Virus record (IMG/VR): IMGVR_UViG_3300037245_003366
Span: 1-49,813 of that record
Length of the DNA: 49,813 bases
Direction: 5' to 3' (one strand)
DNA from: a virus
Both the position numbers and the translations under genes were made by a program. The notes under the pieces were generated by a model. That model searched no databases. It worked only from the letters and a program-made list of their open reading frames with translations, and was not told the origin of the DNA. The stretch's first letter is position 1. Every line of letters starts with the position of its first letter. Of the stretch, positions 41,966 through 49,813 are shown piece after piece.

Positions 41966-44422
41966 TTACCAATCAACCTCAGTTTCGTCGGTTACATGCA
42001 TTTTCTTTGATGTCCATAACTGCATTCCGTAAAAAGAAAAAGTAGCATTAGATGCATCTCCCGCTGCAACATCATCTCGAGCAATCACAGCTTTTATCAA
42101 CCCTTGCCTTGGGACTGTTCCTGTCCAATCTGCATGAGTCCACCTGTCAATTTGATTCTCAACACCGGTTTCAAGTATTGTTGTCTTATATGATATAGAT
42201 GGTATAACCGTTGCCAAAGTAGTCCCGAATACGATATTTGAAAATCCAACCCCTATTTTAAACGCATCTGTGTCAGTGGTTAAATTACTATACATTACAG
42301 TTGCATAAAAACTTTCATCCCCTGACCAATCCATCGGGACTCCGAAAGTGGCATATGCGTAAGCGATAGAACTGTCAGCCGCAAAATCAATCACATTTAT
42401 TTCTGATCCAGAGGCACCGATTTGTGCTGCTGCCGCCGTTGCTTCAGGTGTCCAAGAAACTGCCGGAATAAACAAGCTTTTACGAAGTACCTGTAATCCT
42501 GTACTATCACCAGATACATTTGGTTCTCTGTATTCTTGCACCAACCCCATTTCAGGTTTAAAAGAAACAGTATCATATAACTTAACAAACTTGGCATCAG
42601 AAGTCATTTTAAAGTGATTCACTGTTCCGGCTGTAATATCAGCTTTCAAAGTACAATTTTCAATAGTGAAATTCTCTACATAATCAAGGTCAAATATATT
42701 GGCTGTATAAGCTCCTCCATTGGTATGCCCCCATCCACACTTTGTATTTCGCACCACTGTATTTCTAACTGGATCTACGGTGCTGTCACCCTCAGCTTTA
42801 ATTAGATACCAATCTGTAGGATAAGCCACTGTTACAAATAAATTAGGTTCAAAATATAACCCATCAAGGGTTGTGCCTAAAGACCCACCAGAAATAAAAA
42901 CACCATTCATTACGTTTTTAATTGTACTTCCAGAAATTTCAGTATTGTCAGAGTTGCCAAGGAAAAATCCTATCGTATCATCACTACCGTTTGAAAGCCC
43001 TTGAATATTAAAGTTTTTAAACTGAATATTATTACAGGCCTCTTTTACATAAACACCATACTGCGTACCGCTTACAGTGTCATCTCTATCGTCTATATTT
43101 ACATCTCTAATACCAAGCCCATTCCAAGCTCCATCGATATAAATTCCAGCCGTTACAAAATTCATTAACACTAATTTCTCAAAATACATACCCTGTAACT
43201 GGGCGTTTTCTATTTGGAGGGCATAAGTAGTATTTGTACTATCTCCTTCTATTGACATATTTGAAACTGTCGTACCCTGTATGAATCCTACTGGTCCTTT
43301 TACGTAAACAATTGCACCTGTGGCAGTTGACCGGATAACTGTCTTTGCCGGACCTGCGCCTTTAAAGCTTATGAAACTATCTTCTATTTCAAGTGGGCTT
43401 GATGTAATATAAACACCTGGCAATAATTGAACGGTCACGCCTCCATAAAGAGGCAAGTTATCACCGTCCACATCTGACACCACTTCTGCTGCATTTATAG
43501 CCGCCTGAATAGCTGCGGTATTATCAGTAGAAGCATCAGGTGCGCCATCAGGCCACCATCCAGGATGAAGCACCCCCGGCCTTGCAAAAGCTATCGTTCC
43601 CGAACCTGTTTTTATATTTTGTCTCTCTCCTGCTATTATATTCTCAGGAACATAAAAAGTAAGTGTTTTTGAAGTATCAGGAGAAACCCTTGCGCCGGGT
43701 TGGAATTTATACGTGACATTTGTATAAGCTGAAGCATCAAGTGAGGTGGAAATAATATAATCTGTATTAGTTTTTGTTCCTTTATGAGAGAATTCAACAG
43801 TATATTTTTTAGTCGTCCCGTAGGTTGTTAGGATATTTAAAAGTGAATTTGTTGTATCTGCTCCTTGGTCTACTTGAATATAATCTACTTGGTAAGTGTT
43901 ATAAAAAGGAAGGATAATTGTCCCAAGAACGCGATAATCTGTAACGGTTGTGATGGCTGTTCCATCTGTCACAGCCTCGAATAAAAGAATCGTCCCTGTT
44001 GGAGCATCCGGTGTATCAGTTGAATTCGCCATCTCAGCGAAGACGAAGTAATCATTGTAGGTTATCACCGCGCTGGCTATTGTGATTACACGATCATCAT
44101 CATCCCGGACGAAAACAAAGGTATCTGTTGAAGCTGTGTAGGTACGAGATACAGATGCTTGGAGTACATAATATTGATTCGGATAAGCTATACATTGAGA
44201 AATTGTGTGCGTAAGGGAAGCATCTGTCGCGCCAATTCCACCTGACTTCACAACCACTCCCCTATCCTGATCACGTTCAGGTTCTTCGTTTTCAAGGAAG
44301 TTTGCATTATCGGTTATAAAAGTATTATTCGCACTCGGAAGAGTGTTTATTGTTTGGGTATCTGAGAAGGATGTAGAAAAAGTAAAAAGAACAATAAGTA
44401 ATAATAATAAATATTTATACAT
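41966..44422 (-). CDS. Signal-peptide-bearing beta-helix (pectate_lyase_3 / tailspike-like) protein (818 aa)
   Basis: N-terminus MYKYLLLLLIVLFTFSTSFS|DT. ..GAPDASTDNTAAIQAAINAAEV....VQLLPGVYITSSPLEI..FKGAGPAKTVI.. is the classic N-cap of pectate-lyase-superfamily depolymerases. Confidence 0.65.
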   Translation of the reverse strand: MYKYLLLLLIVLFTFSTSFSDTQTINTLPSANNTFITDNANFLENEEPERDQDRGVVVKSGGIGATDASLTHTISQCIAYPNQYYVLQASVSRTYTASTDTFVFVRDDDDRVITIASAVITYNDYFVFAEMANSTDTPDAPTGTILLFEAVTDGTAITTVTDYRVLGTIILPFYNTYQVDYIQVDQGADTTNSLLNILTTYGTTKKYTVEFSHKGTKTNTDYIISTSLDASAYTNVTYKFQPGARVSPDTSKTLTFYVPENIIAGERQNIKTGSGTIAFARPGVLHPGWWPDGAPDASTDNTAAIQAAINAAEVVSDVDGDNLPLYGGVTVQLLPGVYITSSPLEIEDSFISFKGAGPAKTVIRSTATGAIVYVKGPVGFIQGTTVSNMSIEGDSTNTTYALQIENAQLQGMYFEKLVLMNFVTAGIYIDGAWNGLGIRDVNIDDRDDTVSGTQYGVYVKEACNNIQFKNFNIQGLSNGSDDTIGFFLGNSDNTEISGSTIKNVMNGVFISGGSLGTTLDGLYFEPNLFVTVAYPTDWYLIKAEGDSTVDPVRNTVVRNTKCGWGHTNGGAYTANIFDLDYVENFTIENCTLKADITAGTVNHFKMTSDAKFVKLYDTVSFKPEMGLVQEYREPNVSGDSTGLQVLRKSLFIPAVSWTPEATAAAAQIGASGSEINVIDFAADSSIAYAYATFGVPMDWSGDESFYATVMYSNLTTDTDAFKIGVGFSNIVFGTTLATVIPSISYKTTILETGVENQIDRWTHADWTGTVPRQGLIKAVIARDDVAAGDASNATFSFYGMQLWTSKKMHVTDETEVDW

Positions 44423-44437
44423 GATTTTCTCCTATAA

Positions 44438-46237
44438 TCAATTAAAATAGCCCCCAGTTATTGTTGAGCCTTTGATGTTGGGGGTGGATGCTGCTTCTTC
44501 TTCTGCGCCTTCAATCCAAGTTGGATCATCATTACCGTCTCTGTCCGCTGTGCCTCGGAGCCATGCTGTTGATGCTAAGTCAGTGAGCACACCGTCTACC
44601 CAATCGTTATCGCTTGGATTTGTTGCACCGATATAAGATGGCATTGTAACTCCAGATAAGTATGGATGATTACCCCCGACTCCACCATCAGCTATTGTAA
44701 CAGCACCTTCTACAACATGCGCCCCTCTTGTAATATAATTATTTGCGCCACCCCCACCTACCATGATATTATCTGCCCCCTCAGATGACACCTTAATATA
44801 CGTTTGTCCGCCGTACTCCGTCTCAACTTCTGCCCCTGTTAGGTGTCCATACTCGGTGCCAAGACCAGCTATAGGGTTTCCAATTGAAAACGGCGTAGCA
44901 GGGTTTGAACTGCTGCGATAAAAATAATTACTATCGAACACCAAACTGTTAACAACATATGATAATGTAACAGGAACTTCAGCACCAATAACCACTTGAT
45001 AGGTATTGCCAGAGACACCTGCAAAATTATCCACAAGGTTACTGTAATACCCATCCCAAAAATCAAAGGGCGGTGCTGTCCCGTCGCAGTAATCTGTGCA
45101 TACAGGAGCACAACTTCCTGTGCAAGATGTCTCTTGGCTGCTTCTAAAATTAACACCTATAAGAGTGTTATTATATATGTTTACTCTTAATCTCCGCCAA
45201 CCCCCAAACTGAGATTGTGCAACCCTTGCATCTTCAACAATATTATTATAGAATTGTGCATAATCTTGACGAAGGATAACGGATTCCTCTGTATGGTTGA
45301 TAAAAATGTTATGGTGTATTTTGTCACCGTATTCTTCATAAGTAGTGCTTGATCCATCAGATGGCCCAAGTATTTGCGAAGCCTTGTGTTTAAGGCCATT
45401 CTCAGATAGTGTGCCAGAGCCACCGTCAAAAAAATTGTAATGAAAAACATTACTATTTTGAGCAATATCAATACTTACGATATCAGTGCATCCACCAGAT
45501 TCATCTTTATAATCTGAGTACATATCTACTTGTTGGCCATTTACACCTTCTGACCCATTATGATAAAAATAACAATATTCGACCGTTGAATTTCGTAAAC
45601 GATATGTAGTAAGCCCCGAGGGATTGTTTAGATAAGAATCATCCCAACAGTCATTAAAATACACATATCGAATTTTTACTGGCCCTCCTGCCACCCAAAG
45701 ACCAGCCCCTCCCTCTCCATCAGCACCAGGGGATGCCCCCCTATACAACTCAAATCTCTCAAACATCCAGTATGCTATTTCGCTGGATGCTGGTGTGTCG
45801 TTCACACAAGCCTGACTGCTCCCCATTGTTTTGTGGCCTAAAATTACACCCCTCGGAGCAGATCCGTCACCGTCAAGAATCGCCCATTCCGTTGGAAAAG
45901 ATGTTAATTTACTGTAGTTTCCTTCTGTCCAAGCAGTACCATTCTTTGACACAGGGATATCAATCATTGATTCACCGTAGGCGTCATTGTCAGTATATAC
46001 GCCTTCTCGCATATATACTATATCACCAGCAGCCATTCCGGCTATCCCATCTGATATCGTAACGTAACCTGTCCCTGCCCCTGGAAAACTTTCATGCGAA
46101 GATGTGTATGATTCACCATCAACGCCTGACCATGTTGCGTCTGATTCTATAGCGCCATTATCAATATAAATATAAGCTGCCCATGATTTAGAGATTAAGC
46201 ATATAAAAATAAAAATAAAAAATAAATACCGCTTCAT
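44438..46237 (-). CDS. Signal-peptide-bearing right-handed beta-helix protein (599 aa)
   Basis: N-terminus MKRYLFFIFIFICLISKSWA|AY. ..ISDGIAGMAAGDIVYMREGVYTD.. followed by N/H/Y-rich helical coils (..YCYFYHNGSEG.., ..HHNIFINHTEE.., ..FYNNIVEDA.., ..IYNNTLIG..). Confidence 0.6.
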   Translation of the reverse strand: MKRYLFFIFIFICLISKSWAAYIYIDNGAIESDATWSGVDGESYTSSHESFPGAGTGYVTISDGIAGMAAGDIVYMREGVYTDNDAYGESMIDIPVSKNGTAWTEGNYSKLTSFPTEWAILDGDGSAPRGVILGHKTMGSSQACVNDTPASSEIAYWMFERFELYRGASPGADGEGGAGLWVAGGPVKIRYVYFNDCWDDSYLNNPSGLTTYRLRNSTVEYCYFYHNGSEGVNGQQVDMYSDYKDESGGCTDIVSIDIAQNSNVFHYNFFDGGSGTLSENGLKHKASQILGPSDGSSTTYEEYGDKIHHNIFINHTEESVILRQDYAQFYNNIVEDARVAQSQFGGWRRLRVNIYNNTLIGVNFRSSQETSCTGSCAPVCTDYCDGTAPPFDFWDGYYSNLVDNFAGVSGNTYQVVIGAEVPVTLSYVVNSLVFDSNYFYRSSSNPATPFSIGNPIAGLGTEYGHLTGAEVETEYGGQTYIKVSSEGADNIMVGGGGANNYITRGAHVVEGAVTIADGGVGGNHPYLSGVTMPSYIGATNPSDNDWVDGVLTDLASTAWLRGTADRDGNDDPTWIEGAEEEAASTPNIKGSTITGGYFN

Positions 46238-46246
46238 GATTCTCCT

Positions 46247-46957
46247 CTATAATGGCTTAATTGCAACTGCTGTAATGTTTGCTTGTACTGATCCAGTCCA
46301 AGTCCACCCCATCGTTACCGATGCTGCCCCCGGTTCTGTTGACATTCCAAGGGAAACAGCAGTCCCTTCAGCGATATTTGCTCTCTCTGTTTGACCTGCA
46401 ATAACTGTTGGAGCAGCTCCACTTCTAATCGCTATAACATCGACACACCAGTCATTAGTAGCCCCTGATATAGTAGTAGAAAGGGTTTCTGCTGTTGCGG
46501 CATTATTTACAGGAGTGCCAAACGTAGAAGATTGAGCCACGCCAGTAAATGAAATAGCACCAGTAGCGCACGACATATTTTCAGAGAAAGATGCAACGAT
46601 ATCATGCGTACCAGTATCAGGGGATAGAATGTAATAAAGACTTGTGTACAGGATACTGCCATCCTCATCAAGCAAAGTCATGGTATCCCCATTCCAAGTC
46701 ACACCAGTTGGCCCAGATGAAAACCGTGTGGCAACCCCGACAACCAAAAGCCTATTATCTCCAGCTATCGTATGGCTCCATGTTCGTGATGTTCCATAAC
46801 CCTCAGATTCTGAAGTTGCATCAAGAGCAATCTCACCACCACCGGGAGCAGCCACATTCAAAGCAGCAATCACAGCCAGATGCTTTTGCTGCACTGGCCC
46901 GGCAGCAACCAAGAAAGGGATAAGAAGGATTAAAAGGGTTAGTTTTAGTTTTTTCAT
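46247..46957 (-). CDS. Signal-peptide-bearing beta-rich protein (236 aa)
   Basis: N-terminus MKKLKLTLLILLIPFLVAAG. The remainder is T/S/G/A-rich and all-beta-looking. Confidence 0.55.
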   Translation of the reverse strand: MKKLKLTLLILLIPFLVAAGPVQQKHLAVIAALNVAAPGGGEIALDATSESEGYGTSRTWSHTIAGDNRLLVVGVATRFSSGPTGVTWNGDTMTLLDEDGSILYTSLYYILSPDTGTHDIVASFSENMSCATGAISFTGVAQSSTFGTPVNNAATAETLSTTISGATNDWCVDVIAIRSGAAPTVIAGQTERANIAEGTAVSLGMSTEPGAASVTMGWTWTGSVQANITAVAIKPL

Positions 46958-46968
46958 TATAGTATCCT

Positions 46969-48639
46969 TTAATCTGTAACTTCTGTCCAGCCGTTAGATT
47001 CCGCCAACCATCCGTCAACATCGTCAAACTGAATTACTATAATATCACCGGCAGATGAACCATTTAATGCATCGTGGTTATCATCTAACTGCACACCATC
47101 CAATATTAAATCATCACCTGCATCAGGAAGAATAGAAACTGCAATATCACCAAAAGTGATAACTGTAAAATTCATTCCGGATACTGGGGCTGGTAAGTCT
47201 ACATCGCCAGTTCCGTTTGCTACAAAAGTTCCTCCATATAGATTAGCTCCTGTGAAGTTAGCAGCAAAATTATCAGCATCATCATGAACGGGAGTTAGAG
47301 CTTTGACACTACCTGTCGTATTATCATAATCCACTGAATCTGTAGTCAGCGTTAAAGTTCCATCATTAGCAAGTGTTCCAGCACCAGACATAACAACAAA
47401 TGCCCCTGAGTCAGCACCATCACCCACAAAAAACTCAGTATCAGCTATCCCGGTTATCGTTGTTTCAAGACTGTTTGTTTCTGCTCCTGGACTTCCCCAT
47501 GATATCTGACTCACGGCAGGATCACCAGCAGGAGCACCAAATTGCCAAATTTCATTAGCTTCAGGGAGATCACTTGGGAACTTAAACCGCAGGGTGGCGG
47601 CTATACTTGCCGGACCTTCGAAACCTATCATTAAAATATCTGTACTATTACCTTCATGTACTCCCATGAAACCAGGAACACCTGATTCTTTTAAAAACGA
47701 TATAGAACCAACATCTTCAAGATCATCACCACTTGTTATTTTTATAGTGGATTCCTTTACTCCTTTGGCTCCATCGTCACCAATTACAATAGCATCGGCA
47801 GTAATTGCGGCAGCAGCAGTTACATCTCCACCACCGCCAAGAGTCTCTATCTTATCCCGTATTGCATTTTTAGTAGCAGCTTCGGTGTTGTTATCCCACG
47901 ATGTTGCGTTGTACGCAGTATCATCTATCTTAGCATCAATCAAAGTATTGATATCAGAGGCTTTTACATCTTGATCCATTTCGTATAGTTCATAAGCACC
48001 CTGTCCTGTGTTAAGCGTTAGGACAACAGTATCCCCATCATCATCAACCGTGAAACCATCTGCCCCGGCTGTCATTGTGCCGGCAACAAGAAGATTTTGC
48101 ATCCGCTTATCTGGTATCACCCATGCGCCAGTCCCTGAAACATTATCATCAGGGATTATGATATAAGGTACAGATTCGCCACCGGCTTCAGAAGCGCTGT
48201 AAATATGAAATGTTTCTACTGTACCTTCATACCCAAAAGCAATATCTCCATCACTTATCGTTGCCACTGCTTTAAGGTCAAGATCACCAGCAGCCCCACC
48301 TACCCATCCTGTGTAATTATAAGGCAAAGATAAATCATCACGAACCTCTACATAATTCCTACCCTCAATAGTATTAACATCAGTAAAACGAGCAAAGTCA
48401 TTAGCTACTGGAGTTCCACTTGTATTAACCGTACCTCCTCCACCAGCTTCAGTAAAAGTAAGTACTCCATTTGTAATCGAAATTGTCCCATTAGGCCATA
48501 CGACCTTATAAGCATAAACATCTCCTGGGGAACCATCACCTTCTGAGTTCATTATTCCCAATCGGGCAGCTTGAGAAGGCGATGCATAGATAAAGATAAC
48601 CAATAAAATGAAGAATAACCTTCTAAGCAATGTAAACAT
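46969..48639 (-). CDS. Signal-peptide-bearing fibre/adhesin-like protein (556 aa)
   Basis: N-terminus MFTLLRRLFFILLVIFIYASPSQA|A. It has recurring fibre-like units (GGGGTVNTSGTPVANDFARFTDVNTIEG; GGGGDVTAAAAITADAIVIGDDGAKGVKES) and is D/G/T-rich. Confidence 0.55.
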   Translation of the reverse strand: MFTLLRRLFFILLVIFIYASPSQAARLGIMNSEGDGSPGDVYAYKVVWPNGTISITNGVLTFTEAGGGGTVNTSGTPVANDFARFTDVNTIEGRNYVEVRDDLSLPYNYTGWVGGAAGDLDLKAVATISDGDIAFGYEGTVETFHIYSASEAGGESVPYIIIPDDNVSGTGAWVIPDKRMQNLLVAGTMTAGADGFTVDDDGDTVVLTLNTGQGAYELYEMDQDVKASDINTLIDAKIDDTAYNATSWDNNTEAATKNAIRDKIETLGGGGDVTAAAAITADAIVIGDDGAKGVKESTIKITSGDDLEDVGSISFLKESGVPGFMGVHEGNSTDILMIGFEGPASIAATLRFKFPSDLPEANEIWQFGAPAGDPAVSQISWGSPGAETNSLETTITGIADTEFFVGDGADSGAFVVMSGAGTLANDGTLTLTTDSVDYDNTTGSVKALTPVHDDADNFAANFTGANLYGGTFVANGTGDVDLPAPVSGMNFTVITFGDIAVSILPDAGDDLILDGVQLDDNHDALNGSSAGDIIVIQFDDVDGWLAESNGWTEVTD

Positions 48640-48901
48640 AAAGCGTTCCTCCTTGAGTAATTGCTAAAATGAATCCAAGGAAATCCTGCGGAGGATTGAA
48701 GTAAATTGTTTCAAGTCCCGCCCGACCTCCCGTAAGTGCATCCGTTACTGTCCAGATTTCTTCTCCGTTATTATCTGTAATCGCAAGGTCATCACCTGCG
48801 GCATTCGGGACATATTCCATTCGTTTTACTCGAATTTTGTCAGTGGATATTGTACCAGCTGTATCCAAAACCCATTGTAAGTGACCATATTCATTTGCCA
48901 T
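48623..48901 (-). CDS. Hypothetical protein (92 aa) that overlaps and precedes the signal-peptide block
   Basis: ORF overlapping the next gene by 17 nt. Confidence 0.5.
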   Translation of the reverse strand: MANEYGHLQWVLDTAGTISTDKIRVKRMEYVPNAAGDDLAITDNNGEEIWTVTDALTGGRAGLETIYFNPPQDFLGFILAITQGGTLYVYIA

Positions 48902-48914
48902 TTTTTGTTCTCCT

Positions 48915-49052
48915 TTACCTCTTCATCCAATTTCCAAAAACCTGCCCTTTTTTGGTAGGAGCATTGTCAGGTTTGCGTTTTGTTGGGAGAGGTTTCCTAA
49001 CAGGCCCAACATTCGGACTCTTCGGTATCTTACTTGCGGCTGATTTTGCCAT
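48915..49052 (-). CDS. Tiny highly basic protein (45 aa)
   Basis: MAKSAASKIPKSPNVGPVRKPLPTKRKPDNAPTKKGQVFGNWMKR; AAGGAG upstream. Confidence 0.45.
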   Translation of the reverse strand: MAKSAASKIPKSPNVGPVRKPLPTKRKPDNAPTKKGQVFGNWMKR

Positions 49053-49053
49053 C

Positions 49054-49239
49054 TTATTTCTCCTTTTTCTTTCTCTTTCTTTTCTTTGAAAGCTCCTTAT
49101 CCAAATCGGCCATCTTTCGAGCTCTTGTTTTAACGGCTTTGGCCCCTGTTGGATTGGTTGCCTTCAAAAACTTCCCGGCAAGCTTCTGAGCCCGTACTAT
49201 TCCCTTTGGCCTTTTAGATATTTTAGGCTTCAATGGCAT
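49054..49239 (-). CDS. Tiny highly basic protein (61 aa)
   Basis: MPLKPKISKRPKGIVRAQKLAGKFLK...KKRKRKKKEK; AAAGGAG upstream. Confidence 0.5.
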   Translation of the reverse strand: MPLKPKISKRPKGIVRAQKLAGKFLKATNPTGAKAVKTRARKMADLDKELSKKRKRKKKEK

Positions 49240-49271
49240 TTTGGAGTCTCCTTTCTTAATAGGCTGTTTTT

Positions 49272-49445
49272 TTAATAATTACTCCCGCTCTTTGTTGGCC
49301 TGTATATCCCACCTTTCTTTGTAGGATTCACAATTCCACGCCTTCCTTTTGCAGGTCCAGGATTCTTCTTCGTACCACTTCCTGATCTTCCCTGGGAATA
49401 GTTGTTTTTCTCTCCGTGAGATACTCTTCCAACTGGCTGTGTCAT
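49272..49445 (-). CDS. Tiny basic Gly-rich protein (57 aa)
   Basis: MTQPVGRVSHGEKNNYSQGRSGSGTKKNPGPAKGRRGIVNPTKKGGIYRPTKSGSNY; AAGGAG upstream. Confidence 0.45.
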   Translation of the reverse strand: MTQPVGRVSHGEKNNYSQGRSGSGTKKNPGPAKGRRGIVNPTKKGGIYRPTKSGSNY

Positions 49446-49463
49446 GATAATTCTCCTTTTTGG

Positions 49464-49813
49464 TTAATGAACTGTCTGACCTCTTTCAGATTGAAAATCG
49501 GCCAATTTGCGCTCAATTAAATGAGCAGGGGTTCTTGTTTTACGGAGGTATGCAGCATATGCCTCCTTTTCTTTGTTCTTTCGATGTTTTAGGGGTCGCT
49601 TCGGAGCAATCCGGATACAAGTCTCCATTGCGTCTACAATATCTTTCGTTACCGCTGTCGGGAATCCTTGCATTTCTGATCTTGCTTCTACTTGATTCTC
49701 CATAAGAAAAAGCCTCCCTTGTAAAATCACAGGCTCAAGACCGGTTCTTATTCGGAAATTCTTCTCTACATTTGTCGGTTGATATACGGGTATCATCTTT
49801 ACTGTCCCGAGTT
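49464..49813 (-). CDS. terL: Large terminase nuclease fragment, 3' part (the same ORF as 1..419; 49687..49813 duplicates 1..127)
   Basis: ..MIPVYQPTNVEKNFRIRTGLEPVILQGRLFLMEN....GFPTAVTKDIVDAMETCIRIA.. has the C-terminal Asp motif (D..DA) of terminase nucleases, followed by a basic tail. Confidence 0.8.
   Translation of the reverse strand, partial: LGTVKMIPVYQPTNVEKNFRIRTGLEPVILQGRLFLMENQVEARSEMQGFPTAVTKDIVDAMETCIRIAPKRPLKHRKNKEKEAYAAYLRKTRTPAHLIERKLADFQSERGQTVH
49687..49813. repeat. Terminal direct repeat, copy 2 (identical to 1..127)
   Basis: Identical over all 127 nt. Confidence 0.95.

Overview
This window is a complete, circularly closed genome of an uncultured tailed phage (Caudoviricetes). 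The first 127 bp are identical to the last 127 bp, so the unique length is 49,686 bp.

Layout:
- A 1.5-kb gene-free, repeat-dense hub (3602..5139) separates two divergent arms.
- The rightward arm (5140..24201, + strand) carries about 50 tightly packed early and replication genes. Recognisable ones are an RHH regulator, a Cas4-like PD-(D/E)XK nuclease, a Sak4/AAA_24-like ATPase, a DUF669-like SSB, a Gp157-like protein, an M15 peptidase, an MT-A70 methyltransferase, a UDG-like::family-A DNA polymerase and a DUF3987-like ATPase. Many of the rest are tiny Cys-rich ORFs.
- The leftward arm runs on the - strand from 3583 down through the junction to 24198. It carries packaging and morphogenesis genes: terS, terL, small basic proteins, four signal-peptide proteins, portal, scaffold, decoration protein, major capsid, neck-like paralogs, tail fibre, a large tail protein, internal proteins and a membrane protein.
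- I saw no tail tube, tape measure, integrase, tRNA or CRISPR array. The virion module looks podovirus-like and the phage looks virulent.
- Consistent Shine-Dalgarno motifs and TTGACA-17-TAAAAT promoters point to a bacterial host.
- Codon and amino-acid bias (AGG/AGA/GGG, rich in K/E/I) only weakly suggests a thermophile.

Most unusual observations:
1. A block of four consecutive Sec-signal-bearing proteins, two of them beta-helix, is wedged between terminase and portal.
2. Three core genes are structurally rearranged: terL is split into ATPase and nuclease ORFs, polA is split exactly at the NLQNIP/motif-A boundary, and the Sak4-like ATPase is circularly permuted. Small zinc-ribbon or HTH minigenes sit at every breakpoint.
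3. The non-coding hub holds about 10 copies of a 14-mer plus other repeat families.

All functional calls rest on motifs read by eye. No database search was run.
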